A stretch of 64,000 bases of DNA, from assembly GCA_049591935.1 (NCBI GenBank), contig JBAWFN010000069.1, positions 34,139 to 98,138 of the forward strand, read 5' to 3'. This document shows, piece after piece, positions 34,765 to 43,912 of this stretch (its first letter is position 1; every line of letters starts with the position of its first letter). The notes under the pieces were generated by a model that saw only the letters and a program-made list of their open reading frames with translations, was not told the DNA's origin and made no database searches. Source of the stretch: Terriglobales bacterium. Lineage in GTDB: Bacteria > Acidobacteriota > Terriglobia > Terriglobales > Acidobacteriaceae. A program made the translations under genes and the position numbers.

Positions 34765-36546
34765 ATGAGCTTACAGACCCTCAACGACATCTTCTTTACC
34801 GTGGTGGAACGCAATCACCGGGTGGTGATGATGCACCGCCGCGACGTCCACTGGGTGTCCATCTCGTCGGAGGAGTTTTACCAAAAAGTGGTGGGAGTGG
34901 CGCAGGCGCTGCGCGAGTGGGGCATCGCCAAGGGAGACCGCGTCGCCATTCTCAGCGAAAACCGGCCGGAGTGGACGATTGCCGATTTCGCCAGTCTGCT
35001 GATCGGAGCCGTCACAGTTCCTGTTTATGCGACTTTGACGGCGGAACAGTCGGCTTTCATCCTGCGCGATTCCGGCGCACGCGCCATCTTTGTCTCTTCC
35101 GCCAAGCAACAGGCGAAAGTCTCCAGCATTCGCGAGCAAACCGCTCTGGAGCACATCGTCATCATGGACGCCGACGATACGACCGCGCACGCCGTCTCCA
35201 TGCAGGTGCTGATGCGCAACGGCCCCAAAGAACGCGATACGGATTTCGATCCGCTGGCAAGAGCAATACAGCCCGGTGATCTTGCCACCATCATCTATAC
35301 CTCGGGCACCACCGGCAATCCCAAGGGAGCGATGCTCACCCACGGCAACATGGCGTCGAACGTGGCCTTCTCATTCAAGGAATTTGGGGTGACCCAAGGC
35401 GATATCAGCATTTCGTTTCTGCCCTTGTCCCACGTGACCGCACGGCACGTGGATTTCCTCATGCTCTATCACGGAGTCACGCTGGCCTACGTTTCTTTCC
35501 AGGAACATTTGCCGCCGGCGTTGCTGGAAGTGCGTCCCACGGTTTTTGTGGGGGTGCCGCGCATGTATGAAAAGATCCACACCCAGGTAGAGCACAAAGC
35601 CAAAGGCCTGAAACGGCTGGTGTATCGCTGGGCGATGGCGGTGGGCGGCTCGCATCGCGACAAAATCCTCACCGGCCAAATTCCGAACTCGCTGGCGTGG
35701 AAGCTTGCCGATCGCCTGCTCTACTCCAAGGTGCGGGCCGGCATGGGCGGCCGCGCGCAACTGTTTGTTTCGGGTGGAGCTCCGCTGGGCCGCGAACTGG
35801 CGCAGTGGTACGCCGACATCGGCATTCGTATTCACGAAGGCTATGGGCTGACGGAAACCTCTCCGGTAATCGCCGTCAACACCCCCAAGACCCACCGGCT
35901 GGGGACTGTAGGCAAGCCGCTGGGGAACGTCGAAGTGAAGATCGCCGACGATGGAGAGATTCTGGTGCGCGGTCCGTCGGTGTTCCAGGGATATTGGAAC
36001 AAGCCGAAGGAAACCAGCGAGGCCCTCAGCGATGGCTGGTTCAAGACCGGAGACATTGGCCAGCTCGACGCCGATGGGTTTCTGTCGGTCACCGATCGCA
36101 AGAAAGACCTGATCAAGACTTCAGGGGGGAAGTTTGTGGCCCCGCAGCCGCTGGAAAATTCCTTGAAGCACAATCCGCTGATCGCCGAAGCCGTGGTGGT
36201 GGGAGACAAACACAAATTTCCCGCAGTGCTGATCGTGCCCTATTTCCCGCTGCTCGAAGACTGGGCGCGCAGCAATCAAGTCGCGTTCTCATCGCGGGAG
36301 CAGTTGGTCAACCATCCCAAGGTGCGCGCTCTGTATGCCGGCATTGTCGCGGACTTGAACCGGAACCTGGCGCGCTTCGAGCAGTTAAAACGGGTGCTGG
36401 TGATTCCGGAAGAGTTCTCGGCAGAGCACGGGACATTGACCAGCAGCATGAAAATGCGTCGGCACGCGGTCGAGGAGCGCTACCGCAAGCAGATTGAGGA
36501 GATGTACGCGAAGGCGGAGGAGGAAGGGTTTGCGGCGACGGAGTAG
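34765..36546 (+). CDS. fadD: long-chain fatty-acid--CoA ligase (AMP-forming)
   Basis: 593-aa ORF. AMP-binding motif IIYTSGTTGNPKGAMLTHGN, YGLTETSP, GWFKTGDIG, SGGKFVAPQ. Confidence 0.9.
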   Translation: MSLQTLNDIFFTVVERNHRVVMMHRRDVHWVSISSEEFYQKVVGVAQALREWGIAKGDRVAILSENRPEWTIADFASLLIGAVTVPVYATLTAEQSAFILRDSGARAIFVSSAKQQAKVSSIREQTALEHIVIMDADDTTAHAVSMQVLMRNGPKERDTDFDPLARAIQPGDLATIIYTSGTTGNPKGAMLTHGNMASNVAFSFKEFGVTQGDISISFLPLSHVTARHVDFLMLYHGVTLAYVSFQEHLPPALLEVRPTVFVGVPRMYEKIHTQVEHKAKGLKRLVYRWAMAVGGSHRDKILTGQIPNSLAWKLADRLLYSKVRAGMGGRAQLFVSGGAPLGRELAQWYADIGIRIHEGYGLTETSPVIAVNTPKTHRLGTVGKPLGNVEVKIADDGEILVRGPSVFQGYWNKPKETSEALSDGWFKTGDIGQLDADGFLSVTDRKKDLIKTSGGKFVAPQPLENSLKHNPLIAEAVVVGDKHKFPAVLIVPYFPLLEDWARSNQVAFSSREQLVNHPKVRALYAGIVADLNRNLARFEQLKRVLVIPEEFSAEHGTLTSSMKMRRHAVEERYRKQIEEMYAKAEEEGFAATE

Positions 36547-36780
36547 GGAGCGGGTTCACCTTGAGCGGGAGGATTCTTCTTAGCCCAGGATAGCGCCCCG
36601 GAACCGAGAGCGTTGCCGCTGGAGAATACAAAACAGAGGGCGCGAACCTGGGGCACCGATCAGAAAAATCAGGTACTTTGGGCCACGCGCCTGAGTTCTC
36701 ATCTGCTAAGTCCGCGGCACCCGGCGTGGGGTACCTCAGTTAGGGGCCCTAAGGGAAGGGGCTGCCTGCCTCAGTCGCCA

Positions 36781-37725
36781 CTAGCGATCCACTATGCGGA
36801 TTCCCCTATCTGCGGAACCCGGAGCGTCAGCATTAACCGTGCACGTGTGATGGATGTGTTCATCCTGAATTGGTACCCGATGCCTTGGGTAGCGTAAGAC
36901 TCCGTTGAGCCTTATGAGCTGCGGGTTCATATACCGCGCATTGAGAACTTCCTCGCCTTCCGGGTCTACAACGATTAGGGTGTGCGTGTCGGGGCGCTCC
37001 ATCTTCAATTTGTTGCTTTCACTGACCAGAAAACCGTGTTCATCCAGACGTACAACAATTTTGTTGTCGCGAGTTTTCACATCCATTAACACCACAATGG
37101 AGCCGTCGGCGGAACGATCGAGGGTGAGGGCTGGAATGATCTCTGCATTGTCGTCCGGCCCGACTATAAACTCTATGACGTGGTGCGGAAATTTCTTTGC
37201 GACGGCGAAGTTGTCACCATATTGGACGAGCGCCGCCTCCTTCGGTATGGCCCCACAAACATTGGGAGGCGTAAGATCGGATGCTGGTAGTAGCCGCCCC
37301 TTAAGCGACTGCAATTCCTTGCGCAACTTCACGTCGGCTACGAGCCACAAGGAACCGATAAACACTGTTGCTATTAGCCCGCTCACGCCAAACTTCCAAA
37401 CCAGGTATCCTTTTTGTGAGTGTGTGCTCAGACGACGTCTTTGCTTTCGGCTTGGAGGGCGACTCCTCCGCTGCAGAGCGTCCGACGTGAGCCAGGAACC
37501 CAAGCTCCACACGAATGCGCACACAGCAAGAGAGTAGGCCCATTCGAACAGCTCTGGAGCATTGTCAAGAGACGCACCGAGAGCGGCCATGGCCACGACG
37601 GCTCCCCAGAGAGCGAAGGTGACTCCGTCCGAATTCTTCCAGTGGAAAATTTGTCGAAGCGCTGCTCTATCGAGCATATGAAAATAGCGGGACATGATCC
37701 TCAAGCGGCGCAAGTACAGGCCCAT
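36781..37725 (-). CDS. hypothetical membrane protein (orphan)
   Basis: 314-aa ORF. Three or four N-terminal hydrophobic helices and a soluble C-terminal half. No family recognised. Visibly more AT-rich than its neighbours. The start could be M11 (37695). Confidence 0.45.
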   Translation of the reverse strand: MGLYLRRLRIMSRYFHMLDRAALRQIFHWKNSDGVTFALWGAVVAMAALGASLDNAPELFEWAYSLAVCAFVWSLGSWLTSDALQRRSRPPSRKQRRRLSTHSQKGYLVWKFGVSGLIATVFIGSLWLVADVKLRKELQSLKGRLLPASDLTPPNVCGAIPKEAALVQYGDNFAVAKKFPHHVIEFIVGPDDNAEIIPALTLDRSADGSIVVLMDVKTRDNKIVVRLDEHGFLVSESNKLKMERPDTHTLIVVDPEGEEVLNARYMNPQLIRLNGVLRYPRHRVPIQDEHIHHTCTVNADAPGSADRGIRIVDR

Positions 37726-37948
37726 GCGCCTTCCGAGTGAAGGAACACGAAGAAGTTTAGCGCAAGTGTGGCACCGTGCGTGTGTCTGTGACTGTCGCTT
37801 TCAAATACACGTAGCCGGGTGCCGGGTTTGGGCGCTAACATGCGACACTTCATATCGGATGGGTTGAAGAAAAGCAGATTCCTCACCGCTGAAGCAGTTC
37901 GGAATGACAATCATGTAGGGGGGCGGCACTCGTCGACTTCGCTCGGCT

Positions 37949-38010
37949 GGACAGCCGAGGGCGGCTGTCCCCACGTGAGTTGTCGAGGGCGGCGGACAAG
38001 AGTGTCCGCC
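37949..38010. repeat. two REP-like GC-rich hairpins sharing a GGACA/TGTCC core
   Basis: GGACAGCCG-AGGG-CGGCTGTCC (37949-37970) and GGCGGACA-AGAG-TGTCCGCC (37991-38010). In the first, CAGCCGAG can alternatively pair with the upstream CTCGGCTG. Confidence 0.45.
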
Positions 38011-38020
38011 CCACACGGCT

Positions 38021-38155
38021 TTAGGCTGTCTTAGGCTTTTGCTTGTCCGCTTTTTCGAGTTCTCTCAGAGCGGCCATGGTGCGGGCGGTGTAGTCGATGC
38101 GTTTCCCTGACTTCGGGCGGCGGTGGCGTTTGGTGGGCTCATCATGCTTTGACAT
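38021..38155 (-). CDS. possible 44-aa basic small protein (below the ORF-track cutoff)
   Basis: GAGGA 5 nt before the ATG (complement of 38153-38155). MSKHDEPTKRHRRPKSGKRIDYTARTMAALRELEKADKQKPKTA*. No homology recognised. Confidence 0.3.
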   Translation of the reverse strand: MSKHDEPTKRHRRPKSGKRIDYTARTMAALRELEKADKQKPKTA

Positions 38156-38266
38156 TGTTTCCTCACGATTGTCTACAGTACCACGTTTGGGTTGAAGCCT
38201 GAGGTCTTCGATTTGTTTCCGCGAGTCTGGGCGAGTAGACTGGCAGCGATCCGGGGGTGATCCGCT

Positions 38267-38980
38267 ATGCGCATCTTCTTATATTTCGCCGTCGTGCTGT
38301 GTTTCGTTGGTTCCGGGCTGGCGCAACATGCCGATGCGGCCCCGCACTCGACCCATGCGGCAGCCAGCCATGCAAAGCCGTCGGCCGACAAAGTTTGGGC
38401 CGAACTTATGGACGGTAACAAACGCTTTGTGGCCGGCAAACCGCGAAGGTATGACGTGGTCGCGCTTCGCCGCAAGCTTGCTTCCAAGCAGTCGCCCAAT
38501 GTGATCATCCTGTCTTGCTCTGACAGCAGGGTTTCCCCGGAATTGGCCTTTGACCAGAGCTTAGGCGACCTGTTTGTGGTGCGCACCGCGGGCAACGTGG
38601 CCGACCCGGTGGCGTTGGGCAGCATTGAGTACGCGGTCGAGCACATTCATAGCCCGCTGCTGGTGGTGATGGGGCATCAAAAATGCGGCGCCGTGATCGC
38701 CGCTTGTTCAGGCGATAAAATGCCCAGCTCGAACCTGGACGCGATCATGAACAAGATCGGTCCTGCGGTTACCCAAGCGAAGACGCACGCCAAGGCCGAT
38801 GACCTGGTCGAAACCACCATCCAAGAGAACGTGCATCAGAGCGCGAAAGATCTTTTGGCCAACAGCGAAATCATTCGCGATGCGGTGAAGTCAGGATCGC
38901 TTAGCGTAGTGGAGGCGGAATACCAGCTCGATTCGGGCGAGGTGGTTCGCCTGAACATGCCTGCCGGAAGTCAGAACTAA
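38267..38980 (+). CDS. beta-class carbonic anhydrase with signal peptide
   Basis: 237-aa ORF. Zinc ligands in ILSCSDSRV and VMGHQKCGAV. N-terminal MRIFLYFAVVLCFVGSGLA. Confidence 0.9.
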   Translation: MRIFLYFAVVLCFVGSGLAQHADAAPHSTHAAASHAKPSADKVWAELMDGNKRFVAGKPRRYDVVALRRKLASKQSPNVIILSCSDSRVSPELAFDQSLGDLFVVRTAGNVADPVALGSIEYAVEHIHSPLLVVMGHQKCGAVIAACSGDKMPSSNLDAIMNKIGPAVTQAKTHAKADDLVETTIQENVHQSAKDLLANSEIIRDAVKSGSLSVVEAEYQLDSGEVVRLNMPAGSQN

Positions 38981-39007
38981 CGCTTGCAACAGCAGTACAA
39001 TAGACCC

Positions 39008-39781
39008 ATGACGGACTCATTGATCATTGCCGGCCGTGAGTTCCGTTCCCGGTTGATTGTGGGAACGGGAAAGTATAAGTCATTCCAGGAAAACGCTCGC
39101 GCGCTCGAAGCCAGTGGCGCGGAGATGGTCACGGTGGCGGTGCGCCGGGTGAATCTGGATCGCAGCAAAGAATCGCTGCTTGACTATATTGATCCTAAGA
39201 AGTATTTTCTCTTGCCCAATACGGCCGGGTGCTACACCGCTGACGAGGCCATTCGCACAGCGCGGTTGGGCCGCGAAGTCGGGCTTTCGGATTGGGTGAA
39301 GCTGGAAGTGATCGGCGACCAGGCGACGCTTTATCCCGATGTGCAGGCGACGCTCGAAGCTACGCGAGTGCTGGTGAAGGAAGGATTCACGGTCCTGCCC
39401 TATACCTCGGATGACGTAGTGTTCGCCAAGCGGCTGCTGGACGCGGGCGCGAGCGCAGTGATGCCGCTGGGCGCGCCGATTGGCAGCGGCCTGGGGATTC
39501 AGAATGCTGCCAACATTCGCATTCTGCGGGAAGTGATCACCAGCGTGCCTCTGATTCTGGATGCCGGGGTGGGAACTGCGTCCGATGCCACGATTGCGAT
39601 GGAGTTGGGCGCGGATGCCGTGCTGATGAACACGGGGATTGCGAACGCGCAGGATCCGGTCCTGATGGCTGAAGCGATGAAGCATGCCGTGCTGGCTGGA
39701 AGGGAAGCGTACCTGGCGGGACGGATGCAAAAGAAACTGTATGCCACGGCAAGTTCGCCGCTCGAAGGCGTGGTGCGTTAG
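39008..39781 (+). CDS. thiG: thiazole synthase
   Basis: [27 protein letters not shown]...VTVAVRRVN...LLPNTAGC...[13 protein letters not shown] is canonical ThiG. The track start at 38984 is an alternative. Confidence 0.9.
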   Translation: MTDSLIIAGREFRSRLIVGTGKYKSFQENARALEASGAEMVTVAVRRVNLDRSKESLLDYIDPKKYFLLPNTAGCYTADEAIRTARLGREVGLSDWVKLEVIGDQATLYPDVQATLEATRVLVKEGFTVLPYTSDDVVFAKRLLDAGASAVMPLGAPIGSGLGIQNAANIRILREVITSVPLILDAGVGTASDATIAMELGADAVLMNTGIANAQDPVLMAEAMKHAVLAGREAYLAGRMQKKLYATASSPLEGVVR

Positions 39782-39792
39782 GGAAAAATAAA

Positions 39793-39810
39793 GGGCGGCC
39801 GCAGCCGCCC
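39793..39810. terminator. bidirectional stem-loop between convergent genes
   Basis: GGGCGGC-CGCA-GCCGCCC, flanked by A-rich sequence (left) and GAAAT (right). Lies between the thiG stop (39781) and the stop of the 39833 gene. Confidence 0.55.
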
Positions 39811-39832
39811 GAAATCCTGCGTCGAAATTAAT

Positions 39833-40153
39833 CTACAGCATCTTCACACTGTTAATGTGGATGGAGTCGCCGGTGACTGGTCCGGTGACGGCTACGTGAT
39901 GGCCTTCATGTCCCTTGAGGACGTCGGGGTTATCCACGGTGAGCACTTTCTGGTCGGCGTCGGTGACGATGACCGCTTTGGCGCCCTTACCCAGGCACTT
40001 GTTCATGCAGGCGGCATGGCTGGCGCTGGCGCCCTTGGCGCCGCACATGGAGTCGCTGACGTAACCATTCACGGTGGAATCGGCCGCTACGGCCCATCCG
40101 ACCATGAACAACAGCAGAGAAACGGCAAGACAGAGCAATAAAAGCTTCTTCAT
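39833..40153 (-). CDS. small secreted Cys/His-containing protein
   Basis: Start taken at MKKLLLLCLAVSLLLFMVGWAVA (signal peptide). Mature part has CGAKGASASHAACMNKC and KGHEGHHV. No family named. Confidence 0.5.
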   Translation of the reverse strand: MKKLLLLCLAVSLLLFMVGWAVAADSTVNGYVSDSMCGAKGASASHAACMNKCLGKGAKAVIVTDADQKVLTVDNPDVLKGHEGHHVAVTGPVTGDSIHINSVKML

Positions 40154-40309
40154 GAGATCCTCGAATTCAGCGGCCATGCCGCAGATTTGTGCTGCGTAAA
40201 CCTACTGCAGCGGCCCGGGGCACTCTCGCTGCTGGGCCGAGCAGAACTATAAAGGAATTTCCCGCACTATATCACACCGGATGTGCGCTCACGTCACCAG
40301 CCGCCTTAA

Positions 40310-40780
40310 CTATTTCTGTGCGGAGCTGGTCTCAGGTTTCGGAGGCGCGGGCGGAGGCGGCGAAACGTAGATGACTTCGCCCGGACGCGCATAGTGCAAC
40401 TGCTCACGGGCTTCTTTCTCGATGGTCTTGGGATCGGTCTGGAGAGATTTGATCTGGTCGGTGTAGCGGTCGTTCTCTTGCTGCAAGCTGCGGATTTCGT
40501 TTTGCAAGTTAACGTACTCGGTCTTCTTCTGGCGATAGACCACCATGCCGTTGGCGCCGAACATCACGTGAACGAACAGCCATACCGTGAAGGCAGCCAC
40601 CGTGCCGGTCGCCAGGCGTCGCCGGATCGCGTGCAGCATGGTCAGGGTGGGGCGCAGCTTCACCATCATGCGGTCGGCCCAGGCTTCGGCTTGCGGGGCG
40701 CGCTCCACGAGGGTGCGCAGCCGCTCCTCGGGGCTGGGGATGATGCGAACTCGGGGAAGACGCCCTACTCGAAGATCCAT
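40310..40780 (-). CDS. septum formation initiator (FtsB/DivIC family)
   Basis: One TM (VAAFTVWLFVHVMF), then a coiled coil YRQKKTEYVNLQNEIRSLQQENDRYTDQIKSLQTDPKTIEKEAREQLHYARPGEVIY. The start is uncertain (40780, or MMVKL further in). The track start at 40897 would overlap the PGM gene by 130 nt. Confidence 0.65.
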   Translation of the reverse strand: MDLRVGRLPRVRIIPSPEERLRTLVERAPQAEAWADRMMVKLRPTLTMLHAIRRRLATGTVAAFTVWLFVHVMFGANGMVVYRQKKTEYVNLQNEIRSLQQENDRYTDQIKSLQTDPKTIEKEAREQLHYARPGEVIYVSPPPPAPPKPETSSAQK

Positions 40781-42192
40781 TGCTTGGCTGCTGCGCTCAT
40801 CTGCTCCAACTGCTGCTCGCTGCCGGCCTCGGTGTAGACGCGCACCACCGGCTCGGTGCCGGAGAGCCGGTAGCACACCCACGCGCCGTCCTGGCAAACC
40901 AGTTTCAGTCCGTCGGTGCGTACCACTTCCTTCACCTTGCGGCCGCAGAAATCGCGAGGATTAAGCGCCAGCTTACCAGTGAACTTCGCTTTTACCTCGG
41001 GCGTCAAGCGGAAGTTCTCACGCTTTGGGTAAAAGGAACCAACTTTGACAAATAGGGCGTCCAACTGACGCTTCAGAGACTGGTTGCGGCGGGCGACCAT
41101 CTCGCAGCAGAGCAATCCGGCGAGGATGCCGTCTTTCTCGGGAACATGATGGCGGATGGAGAGACCGGCGCTTTCTTCGCCGCCGATGACGATTTTGTCC
41201 TGCTTGATGAGCTCGCCGATGTACTTGAAGCCGACTGGGGTTTCATGCAGGGGAATGTGATAATGCTCGGCCAGCGCGTTAATCAGATTGGTCGTGGCTA
41301 CTGATTTGCCGACGCCGTTTTTCCAGCCGCGAGTCTCCACCAGGTAGTCGAAGAGCAGCGCAATGATGTAGTTGGGCTGGAAAAAGGTTCCGTCCTGATC
41401 GACGATGCCAAAGCGGTCGGCGTCGCCATCGGTAGCGATGCCGATGTGGGCGTTGGTCTGGCGCATCTGGTCGCGGAGATGGTTGAGCAGATGGTCGTCC
41501 GGCTCGGGGGCGTGGCCACCGAAAAGCACATCGCGATAGTCGTGAACAGACGCGACTTCGATGCCGGCTTCGCGCAGCAGGGAGTCAGAATAGCCGCAAC
41601 CCGCTCCCCAAAAGGGATCGAAGACGACCCGCAGGCAGGCTTTCTTGATGGTGGAAAGGTCGACGATTTCCCTTAGCCGGGCGAGGTAGGTGGCGCGTGG
41701 GTCCAAGGCTTGGGGCTGGGGCTTGGTGGTAGCGGTGTTCGGGGCAGTACCGGTATCGAAAGCGGCAATTTCTGCTTCGATTTGCTTAGTGACCTCGGGT
41801 AAGGCGGGGGCGCCGTCGGGAGTCGAGAACTTGATCCCGTTGTACTCCGGCGGATTGTGGGATGCGGTAAAGTTGATAGCTCCGTCGGCGTGTTCACGAG
41901 TTACGGCATAGGAGATCGCTGGGGTGGGCGCGGCTTCAGCGATGAGCAACGGTGTGATGCCGTGGGCGAGAAGAACCTCGCTGGCCATGGCGCAGAAGGT
42001 TTCACCGAGGAATCGCGGATCGCGGCCGACGATGACACGCGCGCCCGCGGGCTTCTCGGAAACTACGTAGCGGGCAATGCCGCTGACGGCGCGGCGCACA
42101 TTGGCGAAGGTAAAGTCCTCCGCCATGACGGCGCGCCAGCCGGAAGTCCCGAACTTGATTTGAGTGGGCATGGATTCAGCGGAATCACGCAA
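40765..42192 (-). CDS. phosphoglucomutase/phosphomannomutase-family protein
   Basis: 475-aa ORF. FGTSGWRA, phosphoserine loop FTASHNPPEYNGIKF, metal loop IATDGDADR, GGEESAG. Confidence 0.85.
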   Translation of the reverse strand: MRDSAESMPTQIKFGTSGWRAVMAEDFTFANVRRAVSGIARYVVSEKPAGARVIVGRDPRFLGETFCAMASEVLLAHGITPLLIAEAAPTPAISYAVTREHADGAINFTASHNPPEYNGIKFSTPDGAPALPEVTKQIEAEIAAFDTGTAPNTATTKPQPQALDPRATYLARLREIVDLSTIKKACLRVVFDPFWGAGCGYSDSLLREAGIEVASVHDYRDVLFGGHAPEPDDHLLNHLRDQMRQTNAHIGIATDGDADRFGIVDQDGTFFQPNYIIALLFDYLVETRGWKNGVGKSVATTNLINALAEHYHIPLHETPVGFKYIGELIKQDKIVIGGEESAGLSIRHHVPEKDGILAGLLCCEMVARRNQSLKRQLDALFVKVGSFYPKRENFRLTPEVKAKFTGKLALNPRDFCGRKVKEVVRTDGLKLVCQDGAWVCYRLSGTEPVVRVYTEAGSEQQLEQMSAAAKQWIFE

Positions 42193-42226
42193 AGTGGTAA
42201 GCTTTTTCTTAAAAGGTTAATTCTAT

Positions 42227-42580
42227 ATGACTGACATGAGGGTCGTCCTGACCACCGCGGGATCGAGAGATGAAGCGCGGCGCATCGCCGAAGGGCTGGT
42301 CGATTGCCGGCTGGCCGCCTGCGTCAATATTGTGCCCGGCGCGGTGTCCATTTATCGCTGGAAGGGCAAGGTAGAGGAATCGGAGGAGTGGCTGCTGTGG
42401 ATCAAGACCACGGCGGCGGCTTTCGAACGCGTACGCGATGCCATCAAAGGAATGCACTCGTATGAACTGCCGGAATGCGTGTGCCTGGCGGTGGAGGATG
42501 GCAGCGCGGAGTACTTGAAGTTTGTGGAAGAGTCGGTGGATGAGACCTCGGTCACCGACTGCGCAGAAGGACGCAAGTAA
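42227..42580 (+). CDS. cutA: divalent-cation tolerance protein CutA
   Basis: 117-aa ORF. RVVLTTAGSRDEARRIAEGLVDCRLAACVNIVPGAVSIYRWKGKVEESEEWLLWIKT...HSYELPE. Confidence 0.85.
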   Translation: MTDMRVVLTTAGSRDEARRIAEGLVDCRLAACVNIVPGAVSIYRWKGKVEESEEWLLWIKTTAAAFERVRDAIKGMHSYELPECVCLAVEDGSAEYLKFVEESVDETSVTDCAEGRK

Positions 42581-42620
42581 GCAACTGCTGTGGTGATCAG
42601 CGCGATTCGCGGCGGTGATT

Positions 42621-43796
42621 CTACATCGCCGCCAGCGCCTGGTCGAGGTCGGCCATGATGTCGTCCACGTCCTCGATGCCGACGGAGAGCCGCACCATGC
42701 CGTCGGTCAGTCCGATCTCTCTTCTTCCTTTTTCGCCCAACGCAGCGTGAGTCATGGTGGCGGGGTGCGAGATCAGGGTCTCGACGCCGCCCAGCGATTC
42801 GGCCAGCGAACAGAGACGGACATTCTTCAACATCTTCTTCGCGTTGGAGAGGGAACCGGTTTCGAAGGTGATCATGGAGCCAAAGCCGGTCATCTGTTTT
42901 CGCGCCAGATCGTACTGGGGATGATCGGGCAAGCCGGGATAAAACACCTGTTTTACCTTGCGGTGTCGGGAAAGAAAATCAGCGACAAGACGGCCGCTGC
43001 GGTCATGTAGTTCCATGCGGACGGCCAATGTCTTGACCCCGCGCAGCACCAGCCAGCACTCGAAGGGAGAGAGAATCGCCCCGGCGGCTTTCTGCACGAA
43101 GCTCAGCTGTTCAACCTGATCGGGCCGGGTGCAAACCACCACGCCGCCGAGACCGTCGCTATGGCCGTTTAGAAATTTGGTGGTGGAGTGAACCACCATG
43201 TCCGCGCCCAGCGCGATGGGCTGCTGGAAATAGGGTGACATGAAAGTGTTGTCCACGACTAGTTCCACCTTCTTCTTGTGGCAGAGGTCGGCGATGGCAC
43301 GAATATCGCTGAGGGCCATCAACGGGTTGGTGGGCGTCTCGATATAAACCATGCGCGTGTTTCTGCGGATGGCACGCTCCACATTCTTTGCCTCGGAGGT
43401 GTCCACGTAAGTGAATTCAATGCCATAGCCGGAAAGAACCTGATTGAACAGGCGCGGTACGCCGCCATAGAGGTTGTGGCCGGCGACCACGTGGTCTCCA
43501 GACTTGAACATGGTGCAAAGAGCGTTGATGGCGGCCATGCCGCTGGCGAAAACTCGCGAGGCGACCCCGCCTTCGAGCGAAGCCAGGTTTTCTTCGAGGC
43601 GAGTGCGCGTAGGATTGGAAACGCGGGCATACTCGTAGCCCTTGTTCTTGCCCAGTTCTTGCTGAAGGTACGTCGAAGTGGGATAGATAGGGACTGCGAT
43701 GGCGCCAGTTTCAGCATCGGCTTCCTGGCCGGTGTGAATAGCGCGAGTGGCGAAGCCTGGGAGTTTTGATTTGGACATAGGGATTTGAATCAGCAA
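42621..43796 (-). CDS. Cys/Met-metabolism PLP enzyme (cystathionine gamma-lyase/synthase family)
   Basis: 391-aa ORF. GFATRAIHTGQ, YARVSNPTR, PLP-lysine block VVHSTTKFLNGHSD. Confidence 0.85.
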   Translation of the reverse strand: MLIQIPMSKSKLPGFATRAIHTGQEADAETGAIAVPIYPTSTYLQQELGKNKGYEYARVSNPTRTRLEENLASLEGGVASRVFASGMAAINALCTMFKSGDHVVAGHNLYGGVPRLFNQVLSGYGIEFTYVDTSEAKNVERAIRRNTRMVYIETPTNPLMALSDIRAIADLCHKKKVELVVDNTFMSPYFQQPIALGADMVVHSTTKFLNGHSDGLGGVVVCTRPDQVEQLSFVQKAAGAILSPFECWLVLRGVKTLAVRMELHDRSGRLVADFLSRHRKVKQVFYPGLPDHPQYDLARKQMTGFGSMITFETGSLSNAKKMLKNVRLCSLAESLGGVETLISHPATMTHAALGEKGRREIGLTDGMVRLSVGIEDVDDIMADLDQALAAM

Positions 43797-43797
43797 T

Positions 43798-43900
43798 TAG
43801 CACTTGGCACTTAGCATTTGGCCAGCAATCAATTCTTGTCGTTAACGCGATACTGTTCCGACGCCACCCGAACGCTAACGACCAAATGCCAAGTGCTAAA
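43798..43900. repeat. intergenic inverted repeat built from TTAGCA(C/T)TTGGCA units
   Basis: TTAGCACTTGGCA (43798-43810) is perfectly complementary to 43888-43900. A second unit, GCATTTGG (43814-43821), complements CCAAATGC (43883-43890). Lies between the cysteine-synthase-like and CGL-like genes. Confidence 0.45.
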
Positions 43901-43912
43901 TGCCGAGCGTGC

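Noticed and set aside
35697-36497. 266-aa plus-strand ORF inside fadD
   Set aside because: It is an alternative frame of the acyl-CoA ligase gene, with an Arg/Gly/Ala-rich translation and no motifs.
37701-38016. ORFs 37701..37910(-) and 37801..38016(-)
   Set aside because: Their translations (…SFRTASAVRNLLF…, MWGGHSCPPP…) derive from palindromic REP-like hairpins rather than coding sequence.
40781-40897. Upstream extension of the FtsB-like ORF
   Set aside because: It would overlap the 3' end of the PGM/PMM gene by about 130 nt, and the extension is Arg/Gly-rich.
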